Part shown: positions 1 through 10,349 of the stretch, one piece after another
How positions within the stretch are numbered: position 1 is the stretch's first letter
How the letters are laid out: each line of letters starts with the position of its first letter
Assembly: GCA_001897605.1 (NCBI GenBank)
Contig: MKTL01000002.1
Location: forward strand, 68,856 to 100,855
DNA length: 32,000 nt
Source of the DNA: Clostridiales bacterium 38-18
GTDB taxonomy: Bacteria > Bacillota > Clostridia > Peptostreptococcales > Acidaminobacteraceae
Direction: 5' to 3'
The notes under the pieces: generated by a model
What the model saw: only the letters and a program-made list of their open reading frames with translations
Database searches by the model: none
Told to the model about the DNA's origin: nothing
Program-made: the position numbers and the translations under genes

Positions 1-1634
1 TCGCAGTTGTTAGAGAAGACACAATAGCTGAAAGCTCTATTTATGAAAAGAGGCTTGTGACAGATGAAAGCAAAATTTTCAATTGCTATGAAATTGAATT
101 GAATCCTCATCAGTCCTTTGAGTTAACCTCTGAAATCGCTATTGTGACAACAAAGGACCATAGCGATGCTTTAAATAAGGCAATTCAGGTCTGTCAGTCT
201 TCAAGCAGTTCCGATAAAACGAATCATTTATCCAAATGGGATAAGATTTGGAATACCTGTGAAGTGGAAATTGGTGGTGATGAAATGGCTGAAATGGGGA
301 TGAATTACTCACTCTATCAACTAAACATTGCAGCACCACGGCATAGTAAAAGCCTATCAATACCAGCTAGAGCACTTTCGGGGCAGGTTTACAAGGGCGC
401 AATCTTTTGGGACACTGAAATGTTTATGCTCGATTATTTTCTATGGACACAGCCAGAAATCGCGAAAACATTAATAGGCTATCGCATAGACACACTTTCC
501 GGTGCACTAGAAAAGGCAAGTCAGTACGGCTATGAGGGTGCGTTTTACGCTTGGGAGAGTCAGGAGGGAGGCTTTGATGCTTGCTCGGACTACAATGTCA
601 CAGACGTATTTACAAACCGCCCTGTAAGAACCTACTTTAAGGACAAGCAAATGCATATTTCATCGGCCATTGCAAGGGGCATTGACTACTACGTTCAGGT
701 GACCGACGATTTTTCAGTATTACTTGAGGGTGGCTTGATCACTGTAATTGAGTGTGCGATGTTTTATCGATCATTGCTGTTAAAGCCTCTATTAAAGGAC
801 CATTTTGTTATCAATGATGTCATTGGACCTGATGAATATCATGAACGAGTAAATAATAATGCCTACACCAATTATATGGCACATTACACCATAAAATGTG
901 CAATAGAGCAAGCAAAAGCGGTAATGACGCTCTATCCTGAAGCGTATTTGGCAATAGATAAAGTGAATGACATTAGCGAAAAGCTCAAAAAGCTTGAAGC
1001 CGTCGTTGATAAAATCTATCTACCAAAGCCAAACGAATTTGGACTACTAGAACAGTTTGATGGTTATTTTACACTTGAAGACATTACGCCTGATATTGCA
1101 AAAAGTCGATTGAAGCATCCAAAGGAATACTGGGGTGGTGGAAATGGGGTAGCATCCGATACTCAGGTGATTAAACAGGCGGATGTTTTAACTCTGATGG
1201 AGGTTAGAAGTGACATTTTTTCTCCTGATGTTATAGAAAAAAACTGGCATTACTATGAGCCAAGAACTGAACACGGCTCTTCACTCAGTGCCTGTATGTA
1301 CGCACTGACAGCTTGCCGATTCAATCGCCCTGATCTATCCTATCCATTCTTTCTAAAAAGTGCGTTATCTGATTTAAAGGGTGGCGGAAAGCAATGGGCT
1401 GGACTCGTCTATATTGGTGGCACTCATCCTGCTGCCTCAGGTGGCGCTTGGAAGAGCTTGATACAGGGCTTTGCTGGACTAGAATTAAGTGAAAACGAGC
1501 CGCTCCTTTCGCCTAACTTACCAGAGCATTGGCAATATCTTGTGTTCCGGATTAACTATAAGGGAAAGCTTATAAAGATTAGAATAAATAGCGTAAAGGG
1601 TTCTTATCATATTTTAAGAGAGGAAATAAAATGA
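1..1634 (+). CDS. GH65 family alpha-glucoside phosphorylase (maltose/kojibiose/nigerose phosphorylase-like), 5'-truncated by the window edge
   Basis: Frame 3 is open from nt 3, with no stop before the listed GTG at 57, so the gene begins upstream of the window. GH65 hallmarks are present: AFYAWESQEGG, IKQADVLTLM, EHGSSLS and GGTHPAASGGAW. A 4-nt ATGA overlap joins it to the downstream beta-phosphoglucomutase, the classical GH65 partner. Confidence 0.85.
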   Translation, partial: AVVREDTIAESSIYEKRLVTDESKIFNCYEIELNPHQSFELTSEIAIVTTKDHSDALNKAIQVCQSSSSSDKTNHLSKWDKIWNTCEVEIGGDEMAEMGMNYSLYQLNIAAPRHSKSLSIPARALSGQVYKGAIFWDTEMFMLDYFLWTQPEIAKTLIGYRIDTLSGALEKASQYGYEGAFYAWESQEGGFDACSDYNVTDVFTNRPVRTYFKDKQMHISSAIARGIDYYVQVTDDFSVLLEGGLITVIECAMFYRSLLLKPLLKDHFVINDVIGPDEYHERVNNNAYTNYMAHYTIKCAIEQAKAVMTLYPEAYLAIDKVNDISEKLKKLEAVVDKIYLPKPNEFGLLEQFDGYFTLEDITPDIAKSRLKHPKEYWGGGNGVASDTQVIKQADVLTLMEVRSDIFSPDVIEKNWHYYEPRTEHGSSLSACMYALTACRFNRPDLSYPFFLKSALSDLKGGGKQWAGLVYIGGTHPAASGGAWKSLIQGFAGLELSENEPLLSPNLPEHWQYLVFRINYKGKLIKIRINSVKGSYHILREEIK

Positions 1635-2308
1635 TAGAGGCAGTGATATTTGATCTAGATGGTGTTTTGGTTTCTACCGACCATCTTCACTACAAGGCAT
1701 GGAAGCAATTGGCAGAGGAGCTTGAGATAAAAGACTTTAATGAAGTAGACAATCACAGACAAAGAGGTGTTAGTCGTATGGCTTCGCTAGAGGTGGTACT
1801 TGAAAAGGCAATTATCAAGTATACCGATACCGAAAAAGTGGCATTTGCAGACCGTAAAAATGACTATTACGTCAATTCTCTCGTCGATATTACTGAAAAG
1901 GATCTTTTACCAGGCGCACTAGAAACCTTGATGGCGCTAAAATCGAAGGGTATCAAAATCGCACTAGGTTCGGCGAGTAAGAATGCTGCCTTAATATTAG
2001 AAAAAACGTGTATAACCCAGTATTTTGATGCACTTGCAACCGGTCATGATACGACGAGATCTAAACCTGATCCACAGGTATTTCAGGTAGCTGCTGATAA
2101 ACTAGGCGTTTCATATGAATCCTGCATAGTTGTTGAGGATGCGAGTGCTGGTCTTCAGGCTGCAAAAGCGGCCAATATGAAAACGGTGGGCGTAGGTCCA
2201 GCAGCGCTAAGTCCCTTAGCGGACTGGAAAGCAGAGAATCTCGCAAGTAAAAGCTTGAGATGGGATGAGATGCTAAACATTAATTTTGAATCTAGTTTGA
2301 AACGATAA
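1631..2308 (+). CDS. pgmB: beta-phosphoglucomutase (HAD superfamily)
   Basis: Motifs seen: N-terminal FDLDGVL (DxD nucleophile), SASKN, TRSKPDPQVF and VVEDASAGLQAAKAANM. It is translationally coupled to the GH65 gene. Confidence 0.88.
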   Translation: MIEAVIFDLDGVLVSTDHLHYKAWKQLAEELEIKDFNEVDNHRQRGVSRMASLEVVLEKAIIKYTDTEKVAFADRKNDYYVNSLVDITEKDLLPGALETLMALKSKGIKIALGSASKNAALILEKTCITQYFDALATGHDTTRSKPDPQVFQVAADKLGVSYESCIVVEDASAGLQAAKAANMKTVGVGPAALSPLADWKAENLASKSLRWDEMLNINFESSLKR

Positions 2309-2330
2309 AAATTGAAGGTGAGGCACTAGC

Positions 2331-3872
2331 ATGAAGAAAATGGAGAACATCCTAATTTTGATATTTGTTGGAATTGCCGTTATTTTATCTGTAGTCTGGC
2401 TGATTCCATATAAGGCACAGGAGGTCAATGTATTGTCAGAATCAAAGCTTGTCCTTTATGAAGGACCTAAATCATTGAAAACAGCAACAGAAGCAGATTT
2501 AAAGGCCACTTCCGAACAATTAAGACCATTTGATCTCATGAAAAGTGGCAATACCTTTTTAGATGTAAATGGGCAATCCTGTTTTGTGTATGAAACCAAT
2601 GTCAATCACACAAGGCAGTGGGTTTCCACTTACATGCCTCCAATTTCAAGAACACCGATAGCTTATTTTGATTTTGAGGGACGAGCAAGACTAAAAATTA
2701 CAGTTCCAGATATCACACTTTCAGAGGTAGCCATTAGTCCCTTAAAATATGATATTCAGCCTGAAGTGGACGTAGAAAACCATACTGTAACATTTGATAT
2801 CACTGAGCCAGACACCTATACTCTTACCTTTAATGCATCACCGGACCGCGCCTTTCATATTTTTGCCAATCCGCTAGAAAGTGAGATGCCAAATTTGGAG
2901 GATCCAAATGTCATCTATATTGGTCCAGGCGAATGGCAGGTTGATACCATTGATCTAAAAGATAACCAAACCCTATATTTAGCAGGCGGAGCTGTTTTAC
3001 ATGGCACTGTTCAAGCTAACTTTGCTAAGAATGTAAAGGTAATGGGACGTGGGATTATAGATGGATCATTTTATGAAGGTTGGAAAGGGAAAGTTGCTTA
3101 TATACCATTAAAATTTGATAATTCTGATGGGGTATCAATTTCAGATATTATCGTACTAAATTCAAACGCTTGGGTTTGTCAAGCCTTTCAATCGAAAAAC
3201 GGGACCATCGATGGCCTCAAAATTATTTCTCCGCGTCCAAATGGCGATGGCATTACTCTACAATCCTGTGAGGACTTTAAGGTAAGCAATGTTTTTGTTA
3301 GAACCTGGGACGATTCACTAGTGATAAAGAATTATGGTACAAACAGTAGAAACATCTCATTTGAAAGCTGTCAGCTATGGACTGATTTAGCACAATCCAT
3401 GGAAATAGGATATGAGACCAATAAAGGCAATCTAACAGGTTCGGAAATATCGCAGATTAGCTTTAGGGACATAACCGTACTTAATAACTTTCATAAACCG
3501 GTCATTTCAATCCACAATGGTGATGATGCAGTTGTACACGATATTGTTTTTTCAAATATAACCATCGAAAATGCTCAAATGGGAAGTGGCGATGGTGATG
3601 AAATGCCTTATTTGATTGATTTTCACATTGGTCAAAGCTCAAACTGGTCAACGACTAAAGCCAGAGGAATTATTAAGGATGTACTTGTGGAAAATGTTGC
3701 CGTTTTAAATGGAAAGTTCAATGATAGTAGAATTCAGGGCTTTGATGCAACACATAAGGTAGAAAATGTGACCATAAGAAATCTAACGATCTTAGGACAA
3801 GCTATAAAAGATGGCGATACAGGTCGCTTCATGATCGATGATACCACGACTACAAATATTAAATTTGAGTAA
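2331..3872 (+). CDS. membrane-anchored extracytoplasmic right-handed beta-helix glycoside hydrolase (GH28/GH49-like)
   Basis: RBS GAAGGTGAGG lies upstream. There is one N-terminal TM helix (ILILIFVGIAVILSVVWLI). About 170 aa of probable beta-sandwich precede beta-helix coils carrying the acid cluster PNGDGITLQ...VRTWDDSLVIKNY, typical of GH28/GH49 enzymes. Confidence 0.6.
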   Translation: MKKMENILILIFVGIAVILSVVWLIPYKAQEVNVLSESKLVLYEGPKSLKTATEADLKATSEQLRPFDLMKSGNTFLDVNGQSCFVYETNVNHTRQWVSTYMPPISRTPIAYFDFEGRARLKITVPDITLSEVAISPLKYDIQPEVDVENHTVTFDITEPDTYTLTFNASPDRAFHIFANPLESEMPNLEDPNVIYIGPGEWQVDTIDLKDNQTLYLAGGAVLHGTVQANFAKNVKVMGRGIIDGSFYEGWKGKVAYIPLKFDNSDGVSISDIIVLNSNAWVCQAFQSKNGTIDGLKIISPRPNGDGITLQSCEDFKVSNVFVRTWDDSLVIKNYGTNSRNISFESCQLWTDLAQSMEIGYETNKGNLTGSEISQISFRDITVLNNFHKPVISIHNGDDAVVHDIVFSNITIENAQMGSGDGDEMPYLIDFHIGQSSNWSTTKARGIIKDVLVENVAVLNGKFNDSRIQGFDATHKVENVTIRNLTILGQAIKDGDTGRFMIDDTTTTNIKFE

Positions 3873-3889
3873 GATGAGGAGCGCGTGAA

Positions 3890-4513
3890 ATGAAAAAAGC
3901 AATCATAGCGGTTTTGATTATCATTTGTCTAGTTTTAACTCTCCTAATATCAAAGAAAGAAAAACCAATAGAAAACGTCTATCTTCAACCTGAGTCAGGC
4001 TTAACTCGAGTAAATGCAATCGAACAAACAGAAGTAATGGTCCATCCTGATTTTGTTAAACCACCCTATGAGCCAGTCATTCCAAAGGGTATCAATCTCG
4101 CTATAGAAGGTAAAGTAACGGTATCAAGCTTTGTCCAAGCCTATAATGCTAGAAAGGTGAACGATGGAAAAACCAGTGGTGCTTCATATTGGGAGGCTGA
4201 ATCGAATTCTTTTCCGAATACACTAGAAATTGATTTGGGTGAGGTTCATACCGTCCATACAATCAAAGTTATGCTGAATCCTGAAGCCAATTGGGGAGAA
4301 AGAACACAAAGCTTTTCAATAGAGGCAGCGGTAACAACTGAAAATTATTCACTGATTAAGGTGAGCCAGGATTATCTCTTTACGCCAGATCAGCTAAATG
4401 AGGTTGTTATCGAGTTTGAACCAACTGACGTACGATGGATTAAGCTTGAATTTACAAGCAACACGGGTGCCAATGGTGCACAGGTTGCTGAGCTAGAGGT
4501 CTACGGTGATTGA
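3890..4513 (+). CDS. membrane-anchored F5/8 type C (discoidin, CBM32-like) carbohydrate-binding protein
   Basis: RBS GAGGAG sits 8 nt upstream. An N-terminal TM helix is followed by VNDGKTSGASYWEAE...PNTLEIDLGE...IKLEFTSNTGANGAQVAELEVYG, the typical discoidin-domain signature. Confidence 0.65.
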   Translation: MKKAIIAVLIIICLVLTLLISKKEKPIENVYLQPESGLTRVNAIEQTEVMVHPDFVKPPYEPVIPKGINLAIEGKVTVSSFVQAYNARKVNDGKTSGASYWEAESNSFPNTLEIDLGEVHTVHTIKVMLNPEANWGERTQSFSIEAAVTTENYSLIKVSQDYLFTPDQLNEVVIEFEPTDVRWIKLEFTSNTGANGAQVAELEVYGD

Positions 4514-4530
4514 TCTGCGCTATAGCAATC

Positions 4531-4573
4531 AAAAAACCTCAATACGAGTCAATTCTCGTGTTGAGGTTTTTTT
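4531..4573. terminator. bidirectional rho-independent terminator between convergent genes
   Basis: A 12-bp stem CCTCAATACGAG (4537-4548) / CTCGTGTTGAGG (4555-4566) contains one G-U pair. It is flanked by an A6 run upstream and a T7 run downstream. Confidence 0.85.
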
Positions 4574-4591
4574 ATGGTTATTAGAGTTATT

Positions 4592-6262
4592 TTAATAGGA
4601 CAGCTCTGTTTCATTATACAGATGCTGATAAACAGTCGAAGTGGCAATTAGTTGATCATGTGTACCAGAAGCGACTATTTTCCCTTGATCAAAAACGTAG
4701 ATTTCGTCGTATTGTGTCATCTCTATTAAGTGATGTGTAATACAAATGATTGTTTTCTCTTTTTGTTTGAACAAATTATGGTGAAGGCTTCTAGCGGTTG
4801 TAAGATCGAGACCGTTAAAGGGCTCGTCAAGTAATAAAAAAACGCTTGGTCTGAGCAATGCCCTTGCGATACCAATTCTTCTTTTCTGACCGAGCGAGAT
4901 CTGTTTGCCATCTTCACCAAGCGGTGTTTGTGATTTTAACCACTGCTCTGAGTCAAGTGAAACCATTCTTAAAACCTGTTCAATTACTTCATTACTCAGA
5001 TCAGAGTTACCTACTCTTAGATTTGCAATTAAACTATCGTTAAATAGATAAATTTCCTGTGTGACGACACTGAAAACATCTCTTAAAGTAGCTGCTTTAC
5101 CGTCGATCTCATAAAAGCCTGAGAGTAGGCTTCCAAAGGTACTTTTCCCTGAGCCATTTGCACCCACAAAAGCGATATGCTTGCCTTGATTCAGCTTAAA
5201 CATCGGAACCACTAATTGAAAGGCTGTATTTGGATAGGTGAATTTGATATCTTGGTAGGTAATACTTTCTTGAGCAATTGATATCACACCTGACGAGGTT
5301 GCCATAGGTGCTTTAACATCAGAAAACAATCGAGCTGCACTTTCTGCGCCATTTCTCATTTTATCTGGTGCATCACCCAATAGCAATGCACTTTCATAAA
5401 GATTGAAAATAACCAGTGTGAGCGAGCCCAAATAAAGACCATCTAAATGATTTTGACTGACCAGATAGCTTGTAAATAAGAGCATCAATAAAAAATGAAA
5501 ATGTATGCCAAGCTGTTGAAATAGCTTTGAATAACTTTGACTTCTCGTCAAGTTAGTCATACTGACTTCAACCTCATTGACTTGCTTCATGATCTGCGCC
5601 ATTTTGTAGGGCTCAATTGACTGCCATTTAAATAAGTCTCTGTACTGAATATAATCAGAGAAATCCGTTTGTAGCTGCTTAATTTCCAAACTGTGTAACG
5701 TCGCCTGAGTAACATTCCTAGCTTTAAAGACAAAGAAACTGGAAAAGGCGAAAAGTGGATATAGGATCGCAAAAATCAAAGCCATTGTAGGTTGAATTAC
5801 TAATAAAATTAAAGCTATGAGAATGCCGATGATGAGCGTTAAAAGTGAGGGTAGGACACCTCTTAAGATTGCATCCTGATAGGTGTTAATGTCTAACGTA
5901 AGCTGTTGAAACGCTTCAATTTTATTTAGTGTGATTAAGGTCTCTCCTTTTAAGGTGCGATATTTCTCATAGAGCTGTATTCTAAGATGACTCAATGCAA
6001 TAAATATCATATTATGTGTTTCAAGTCTCTCTACATATCTTAAGAGCCCTCGGCCTATTCCCAAAAACCGAACAAAAGTAATAGCCAAAGCTAGCTCGGC
6101 GATTGAGGGTAATAGAGCTGCGTAGGAAAGAACATAGCTTGAAAGTGACATTAATGCAACTGAAAAAAGTATCGTTAAACTTGCTAAAATTAAGGTAAAA
6201 AATATCTGTTTTTTATCATTAATTAATAAGCCTTTTATGGTATTAATAAGTGATTTATTCAT
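4592..6262 (-). CDS. cydC: thiol reductant ABC exporter subunit CydC (fused TMD-NBD)
   Basis: Six-TM domain plus NBD with Walker A GANGSGKST, signature ISLGQKRR and Walker B FLLLDEP. It is the last gene of a cydABDC arrangement, overlaps the cydD stop by 8 nt, and has RBS GGGAGG. Confidence 0.8.
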   Translation of the reverse strand: MNKSLINTIKGLLINDKKQIFFTLILASLTILFSVALMSLSSYVLSYAALLPSIAELALAITFVRFLGIGRGLLRYVERLETHNMIFIALSHLRIQLYEKYRTLKGETLITLNKIEAFQQLTLDINTYQDAILRGVLPSLLTLIIGILIALILLVIQPTMALIFAILYPLFAFSSFFVFKARNVTQATLHSLEIKQLQTDFSDYIQYRDLFKWQSIEPYKMAQIMKQVNEVEVSMTNLTRSQSYSKLFQQLGIHFHFLLMLLFTSYLVSQNHLDGLYLGSLTLVIFNLYESALLLGDAPDKMRNGAESAARLFSDVKAPMATSSGVISIAQESITYQDIKFTYPNTAFQLVVPMFKLNQGKHIAFVGANGSGKSTFGSLLSGFYEIDGKAATLRDVFSVVTQEIYLFNDSLIANLRVGNSDLSNEVIEQVLRMVSLDSEQWLKSQTPLGEDGKQISLGQKRRIGIARALLRPSVFLLLDEPFNGLDLTTARSLHHNLFKQKEKTIICITHHLIEMTQYDEIYVFDQGKIVASGTHDQLIATSTVYQHLYNETELSY

Positions 6263-7898
6263 TTTTACCTCCCAAATCGATCAAACGATCACAAATAGAG
6301 GCCACACGTGAGCTATGTGTAGTAAGAATGATCGTTTTGAAATAGGAAATTCGTTTAAGCGCACTTAAAAGGATTAGCTCGTTTGTTGTATCAAGTGCAC
6401 TCGTGGGCTCATCCAGTATTATAATTTCTGAGCTTTTAAGACAAGCACGTGTTAAACTGATTAATTGTCTTTCTCCACCGCTAATTTGTCGCTTTGTAGG
6501 ACTAATATCAGTATATAAACCCTCTTCAAGTGATTCAATCCACTTATCTATACCGGTAAGTTCTAAATAGAAATCGAACTGATTATTTTTTTCACTCCCA
6601 AGTAGTAGATTATCAAGCAAACTGCCTTCAACGATTTGTGCAGTCTGAGGGACATATGAAAAATGTGAAACTAAATCTGCGTCGTCCCAAGCACTAGCAT
6701 CCTCATTATTGAATAACAATTGACCTGATTGAATTTTCAAATCACCTAAAATAAGCTTACAGAGTGTCGTTTTTCCCGAACCACTCGGACCGATAATACC
6801 ATTGATTAACCCCTTAGAGAAGGTATAGGAGACTCGGTCGAAAAGTAGCTCGTTGTTATAGGAGAAGCTGATCTCATTAAGTTGAAGAAGGTCATTGCTA
6901 ACGCCGTCAAATTCACCTTCTACAGCCATATTGTGGGTTTGATTCGGTATTTTTGCCCTTTGATTAATAAAAGCCTCGAAATCATTGACGAAGGTTTTTG
7001 CATTTAAAGCACTATGAAACTTTAAGCCCATTTGTCTCATGGGTAAAAAAAACTCTGGTGCCAGGATTAACAATGCAAGAGCTGGATATAAAACTATCTT
7101 TCCACTTAAGAGTCTGACCCCTAAGGAAACTGCTATTAAGGCTGTACTCAGCGTTGCAGTTAGCTCTAATGCCAAAGCGGATAAAAATGTCCACTTCATT
7201 AATGAAAGTGTCCGATGTCTGTAATTCTCGCTGATTTTCCAAACATTTTCAGATTGCTTTTCTTCTTTTCCAAAGACCCTTAGTGTAGTCATCCCCTTTA
7301 ACAAATCCAATAAATGACCATTTAATTGCTTGAGCTGACGCCAGTGCTGGTTGTTTTTTATTTCAACGGTTTTGCCAATCAAGATCATGAAAATGGGTAT
7401 TAAGGGTGCTGTGATTAAGAACAATAAACCAGTTACATAATCTAAAGTAAAAGCACCTATGAGTAATACAAGGGTGTTAATTGACAAGAAGAAAAGGTGG
7501 GGTAAGAATTCAGAAAAATAACCGTCTGTTGCCTCTACACCGTCTGTCATGAGGGTTAATAGCTTAGAATGCTCATTTTGATCATTTAGATAATCATGAC
7601 GCGTTTCATCTAACAGAGCTGTTCTTAGCTTTATCTTAGCCTGTGTGGTATTACCTCGGTTATAACGCTCTAAAATGTAGCTAAGAATAGGACGTAGCAG
7701 TAAGACGATCGAGAGGCAAACAGTGCTTAATGTGATGCTTTTTAAGTCAGCCTGATCGATAAAAACGCTTGTAATGATTCGCGACACAAGTAATGCTTGC
7801 ACAAATGCAAGCATTACCAATGGTAAAGAGATTAATCCATTTACAAGACATATTCTCTTAAAATGATTGAGTTGACGATTGAGTAGCCTGATGAACAT
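6255..7898 (-). CDS. cydD: thiol reductant ABC exporter subunit CydD (fused TMD-NBD)
   Basis: Walker A GPSGSGKTT, signature ISGGERQ and Walker B IIILDEPTSALD. It lies directly downstream of cydB. The CydD versus CydC assignment rests on gene order only. Confidence 0.75.
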   Translation of the reverse strand: MFIRLLNRQLNHFKRICLVNGLISLPLVMLAFVQALLVSRIITSVFIDQADLKSITLSTVCLSIVLLLRPILSYILERYNRGNTTQAKIKLRTALLDETRHDYLNDQNEHSKLLTLMTDGVEATDGYFSEFLPHLFFLSINTLVLLIGAFTLDYVTGLLFLITAPLIPIFMILIGKTVEIKNNQHWRQLKQLNGHLLDLLKGMTTLRVFGKEEKQSENVWKISENYRHRTLSLMKWTFLSALALELTATLSTALIAVSLGVRLLSGKIVLYPALALLILAPEFFLPMRQMGLKFHSALNAKTFVNDFEAFINQRAKIPNQTHNMAVEGEFDGVSNDLLQLNEISFSYNNELLFDRVSYTFSKGLINGIIGPSGSGKTTLCKLILGDLKIQSGQLLFNNEDASAWDDADLVSHFSYVPQTAQIVEGSLLDNLLLGSEKNNQFDFYLELTGIDKWIESLEEGLYTDISPTKRQISGGERQLISLTRACLKSSEIIILDEPTSALDTTNELILLSALKRISYFKTIILTTHSSRVASICDRLIDLGGKNE

Positions 7899-7915
7899 AT
7901 ATCTTCCTCGTTTGA

Positions 7916-8920
7916 TTAGTAATGTGTATCGCCTAATGTGACTCTTGCTCTAAATATTTTAAAGGTCCAATATTGATAAAGTAAAACAATTGGAAGCAAT
8001 GTCAATGCAATTATACTCATAATCTTTAGGGTATAAGCACTTGAAGCTGCATCAGTAAGAAGTAAGCTGTAACTTGTATCAAGACTAGATATCATTGCGT
8101 AAGGGAAGAGTCCGCTGAACAATGCCCCCATAATACAAGCGACCACACCAAAATTAAGCAAGAATGACAAACGATCCTTTCCTTTTGTGAAAACAAATAT
8201 CGATGCAGCTAACAGAAGGATTGCGCCTGCAGTCAAAATACCTGGCAGGATAGACCTTAGTTCAATGCTAAATGCTGCGAAAAGCGTAAGTAGACAAAGT
8301 AGAATGAGTGAAGTGAGCCCTAATGGCTTTGCAAGCTTTCTGCTTCTTTGTTCAACCAGTTCACTGCCCTTAAAAGCTAGATAGATGGCACCGTGATAGA
8401 GCATAAATACAAAAAGAGTCAAACCCGCAAATAAGGAAAATGGGTTGAGTAGATCCCAAAAGCTACCCACATATTCTATCCTTTGATTCACAAGAGCCAG
8501 TGGTGTCCCGTGTAAAAGGTTTGCAAGTGCAATTGGAAACAATAGAGCACAAAGTGCACTTGATATACTTAATGCAGTATCCCAGTTTTCTCTCCAAAAA
8601 CGATTATCACTTTTATTTCTGAACTCGAAGGTAACACCTCTTACAATAAGAGCTGCAAGGACTAGGAATAAAGCCAGATAAAAGCCACTAAAGAGTGTGG
8701 CGTACCAATACGGAAACGCAGCAAACATCGCGCCACCTGCCGTTAATAGCCAAACCTCATTACCATCCCATAATGGGCCTATCGTACCGATAGCAATTTG
8801 TCTCTCAGAGTCATTTTTGGCTACAAAAGGAAGTAAAACACCAACACCAAAGTCAAATCCCTCTAGGAAAATAAAACCAGTAAATAAAACGCCTATAATA
8901 ACAAACCATAAATTTACCAT
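7916..8920 (-). CDS. cydB: cytochrome bd-type quinol oxidase subunit II
   Basis: Polytopic membrane protein beginning MVNLWFVIIGVLFTGFIFLEGFDFGVG, with WDGNEVWLL. It overlaps the cydA stop by 7 nt. Confidence 0.9.
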   Translation of the reverse strand: MVNLWFVIIGVLFTGFIFLEGFDFGVGVLLPFVAKNDSERQIAIGTIGPLWDGNEVWLLTAGGAMFAAFPYWYATLFSGFYLALFLVLAALIVRGVTFEFRNKSDNRFWRENWDTALSISSALCALLFPIALANLLHGTPLALVNQRIEYVGSFWDLLNPFSLFAGLTLFVFMLYHGAIYLAFKGSELVEQRSRKLAKPLGLTSLILLCLLTLFAAFSIELRSILPGILTAGAILLLAASIFVFTKGKDRLSFLLNFGVVACIMGALFSGLFPYAMISSLDTSYSLLLTDAASSAYTLKIMSIIALTLLPIVLLYQYWTFKIFRARVTLGDTHY

Positions 8921-10305
8921 GTGATTAACACCTCGCTCTCTTCTTTGATGGTTGCTTCAAGCCCATCAAAGCCCTTCTTGACATGTTTTGCCATTAACCC
9001 GATATCGATCAGTGCAAGAATGCCATAAAGAATGATAAAGCCAACTAAGGTGATGAGGAGTGCCGTTGTGTTTGTTGAGGTAGCCGTCGATATGCCATCC
9101 TCTGTTTTGAGTATCCCTTGTACTAGCCAAGGCTGACGGCCGACTTCTGTAAAAATCCATCCGAAGGTATTGCATAGATAAGGTAATGGTAGCATGACAA
9201 CAAGTAGACCTGCATACCATTTTTTATCGATCCATTTTTTATGGAATATAATGGAGAAAAGCATCACAACTAACATTAAGCTGCCAGCATATACCATAAT
9301 TCTAAAGCTATAATACATGAGTGCTACAGGTGGCGTATAATTACCAGGTCCGTACATTGCTTCATATTCAGCTTGAAGGTCATTGATCCCCTTTACAGTT
9401 GCGTTCGGGTCATTGAAAGCCAAGATGCTCAGACCATATGGAATTTTTAATGAGATGCCATTGGTTTTTCTATTTTCATCTATAATTGAAAAAACACTGA
9501 ATGGCGCTTTGTCAGTCGTATCCCACAAAGCCTCTGAGGTGGCTATTTTCATCGGTTGATTTTCTGCTATATATTTACCTTGACGATCTCCAGCACCAAC
9601 TGAAACGATCAGTGCCACAAGAGCAAAAATAGCAATTGGTTTTATGACCTTTTTAAAGGTTGCTTTGTCCTTTCCTAAAAGTATATTGAGTCCACTTATA
9701 GATAGAACAAAAACTGCTCCTGTAGCAAAGCCAGAGGCGATGACATGTAAGAACTGTATAAGTACGTGATAATTGAGTATGAGTGCAGCAAAATCCGTCA
9801 TTTCAGCACGTGGACCAAATGCAGTATCTCTTAAAATAAATCCAGTCGGCGATTGCATAAACGAATTGGCAATGATAATCCAAAGGGCTGATACTGAAGC
9901 CGCAATGGCAACGATCCAAATACTTGCAAGATGCAATTTTTTCGAAATTTTGTCCCTTCCAAATATCCAAATACCTAGGAATGTAGATTCCACAAAAAAA
10001 GCGGCAAGAGCTTCAATTGCAAGTGGCGCACCAAAAACGTCACCAACAAATCTGGAGTAGTTGGACCAGTTCATACCAAATTGGAATTCCTGTACAATAC
10101 CAGTAACGACGCCCAGTGAGAAGTTAATTAGAAAGAGTGAACCAAAGTACTTTGTGAGTTGTTCCCATGCTTTATCACCGGTTTTGTAGGACCGATACTG
10201 CATCCATGCAACAATAAAAGCAAGACCAAGTGTCAGCGGCACAAAAAGAAAATGATAAATAGTTGTTGCTGCAAATTGCAGCCTAGCAAGTGTCAAAGGA
10301 GTCAT
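8914..10305 (-). CDS. cydA: cytochrome bd-type quinol oxidase subunit I
   Basis: N-terminus LARLQFAATTIYHFLFVPLTLG, a Q-loop region, and GWIFTEVGRQPWLVQG. RBS AAGGTGG. Confidence 0.92.
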   Translation of the reverse strand: MTPLTLARLQFAATTIYHFLFVPLTLGLAFIVAWMQYRSYKTGDKAWEQLTKYFGSLFLINFSLGVVTGIVQEFQFGMNWSNYSRFVGDVFGAPLAIEALAAFFVESTFLGIWIFGRDKISKKLHLASIWIVAIAASVSALWIIIANSFMQSPTGFILRDTAFGPRAEMTDFAALILNYHVLIQFLHVIASGFATGAVFVLSISGLNILLGKDKATFKKVIKPIAIFALVALIVSVGAGDRQGKYIAENQPMKIATSEALWDTTDKAPFSVFSIIDENRKTNGISLKIPYGLSILAFNDPNATVKGINDLQAEYEAMYGPGNYTPPVALMYYSFRIMVYAGSLMLVVMLFSIIFHKKWIDKKWYAGLLVVMLPLPYLCNTFGWIFTEVGRQPWLVQGILKTEDGISTATSTNTTALLITLVGFIILYGILALIDIGLMAKHVKKGFDGLEATIKEESEVLITW

Positions 10306-10325
10306 AAGTCTACCACCTTACTTTC

Positions 10326-10349
10326 ATAATGATTTCAAAATTCATTATA
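10326..10349 (-). promoter_or_regulatory. candidate cyd promoter -10 (TATAAT on the minus strand, 10349..10344) embedded in a 23-bp near-palindrome
   Basis: The minus strand reads GGGTATAATGAATTTTGAAATCATTATG about 40 nt upstream of the cydA ATG. In the palindrome ATAATGAATTTTGAAATCATTAT, 9 of 11 arm positions pair. The -35 is poor. Confidence 0.35.
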
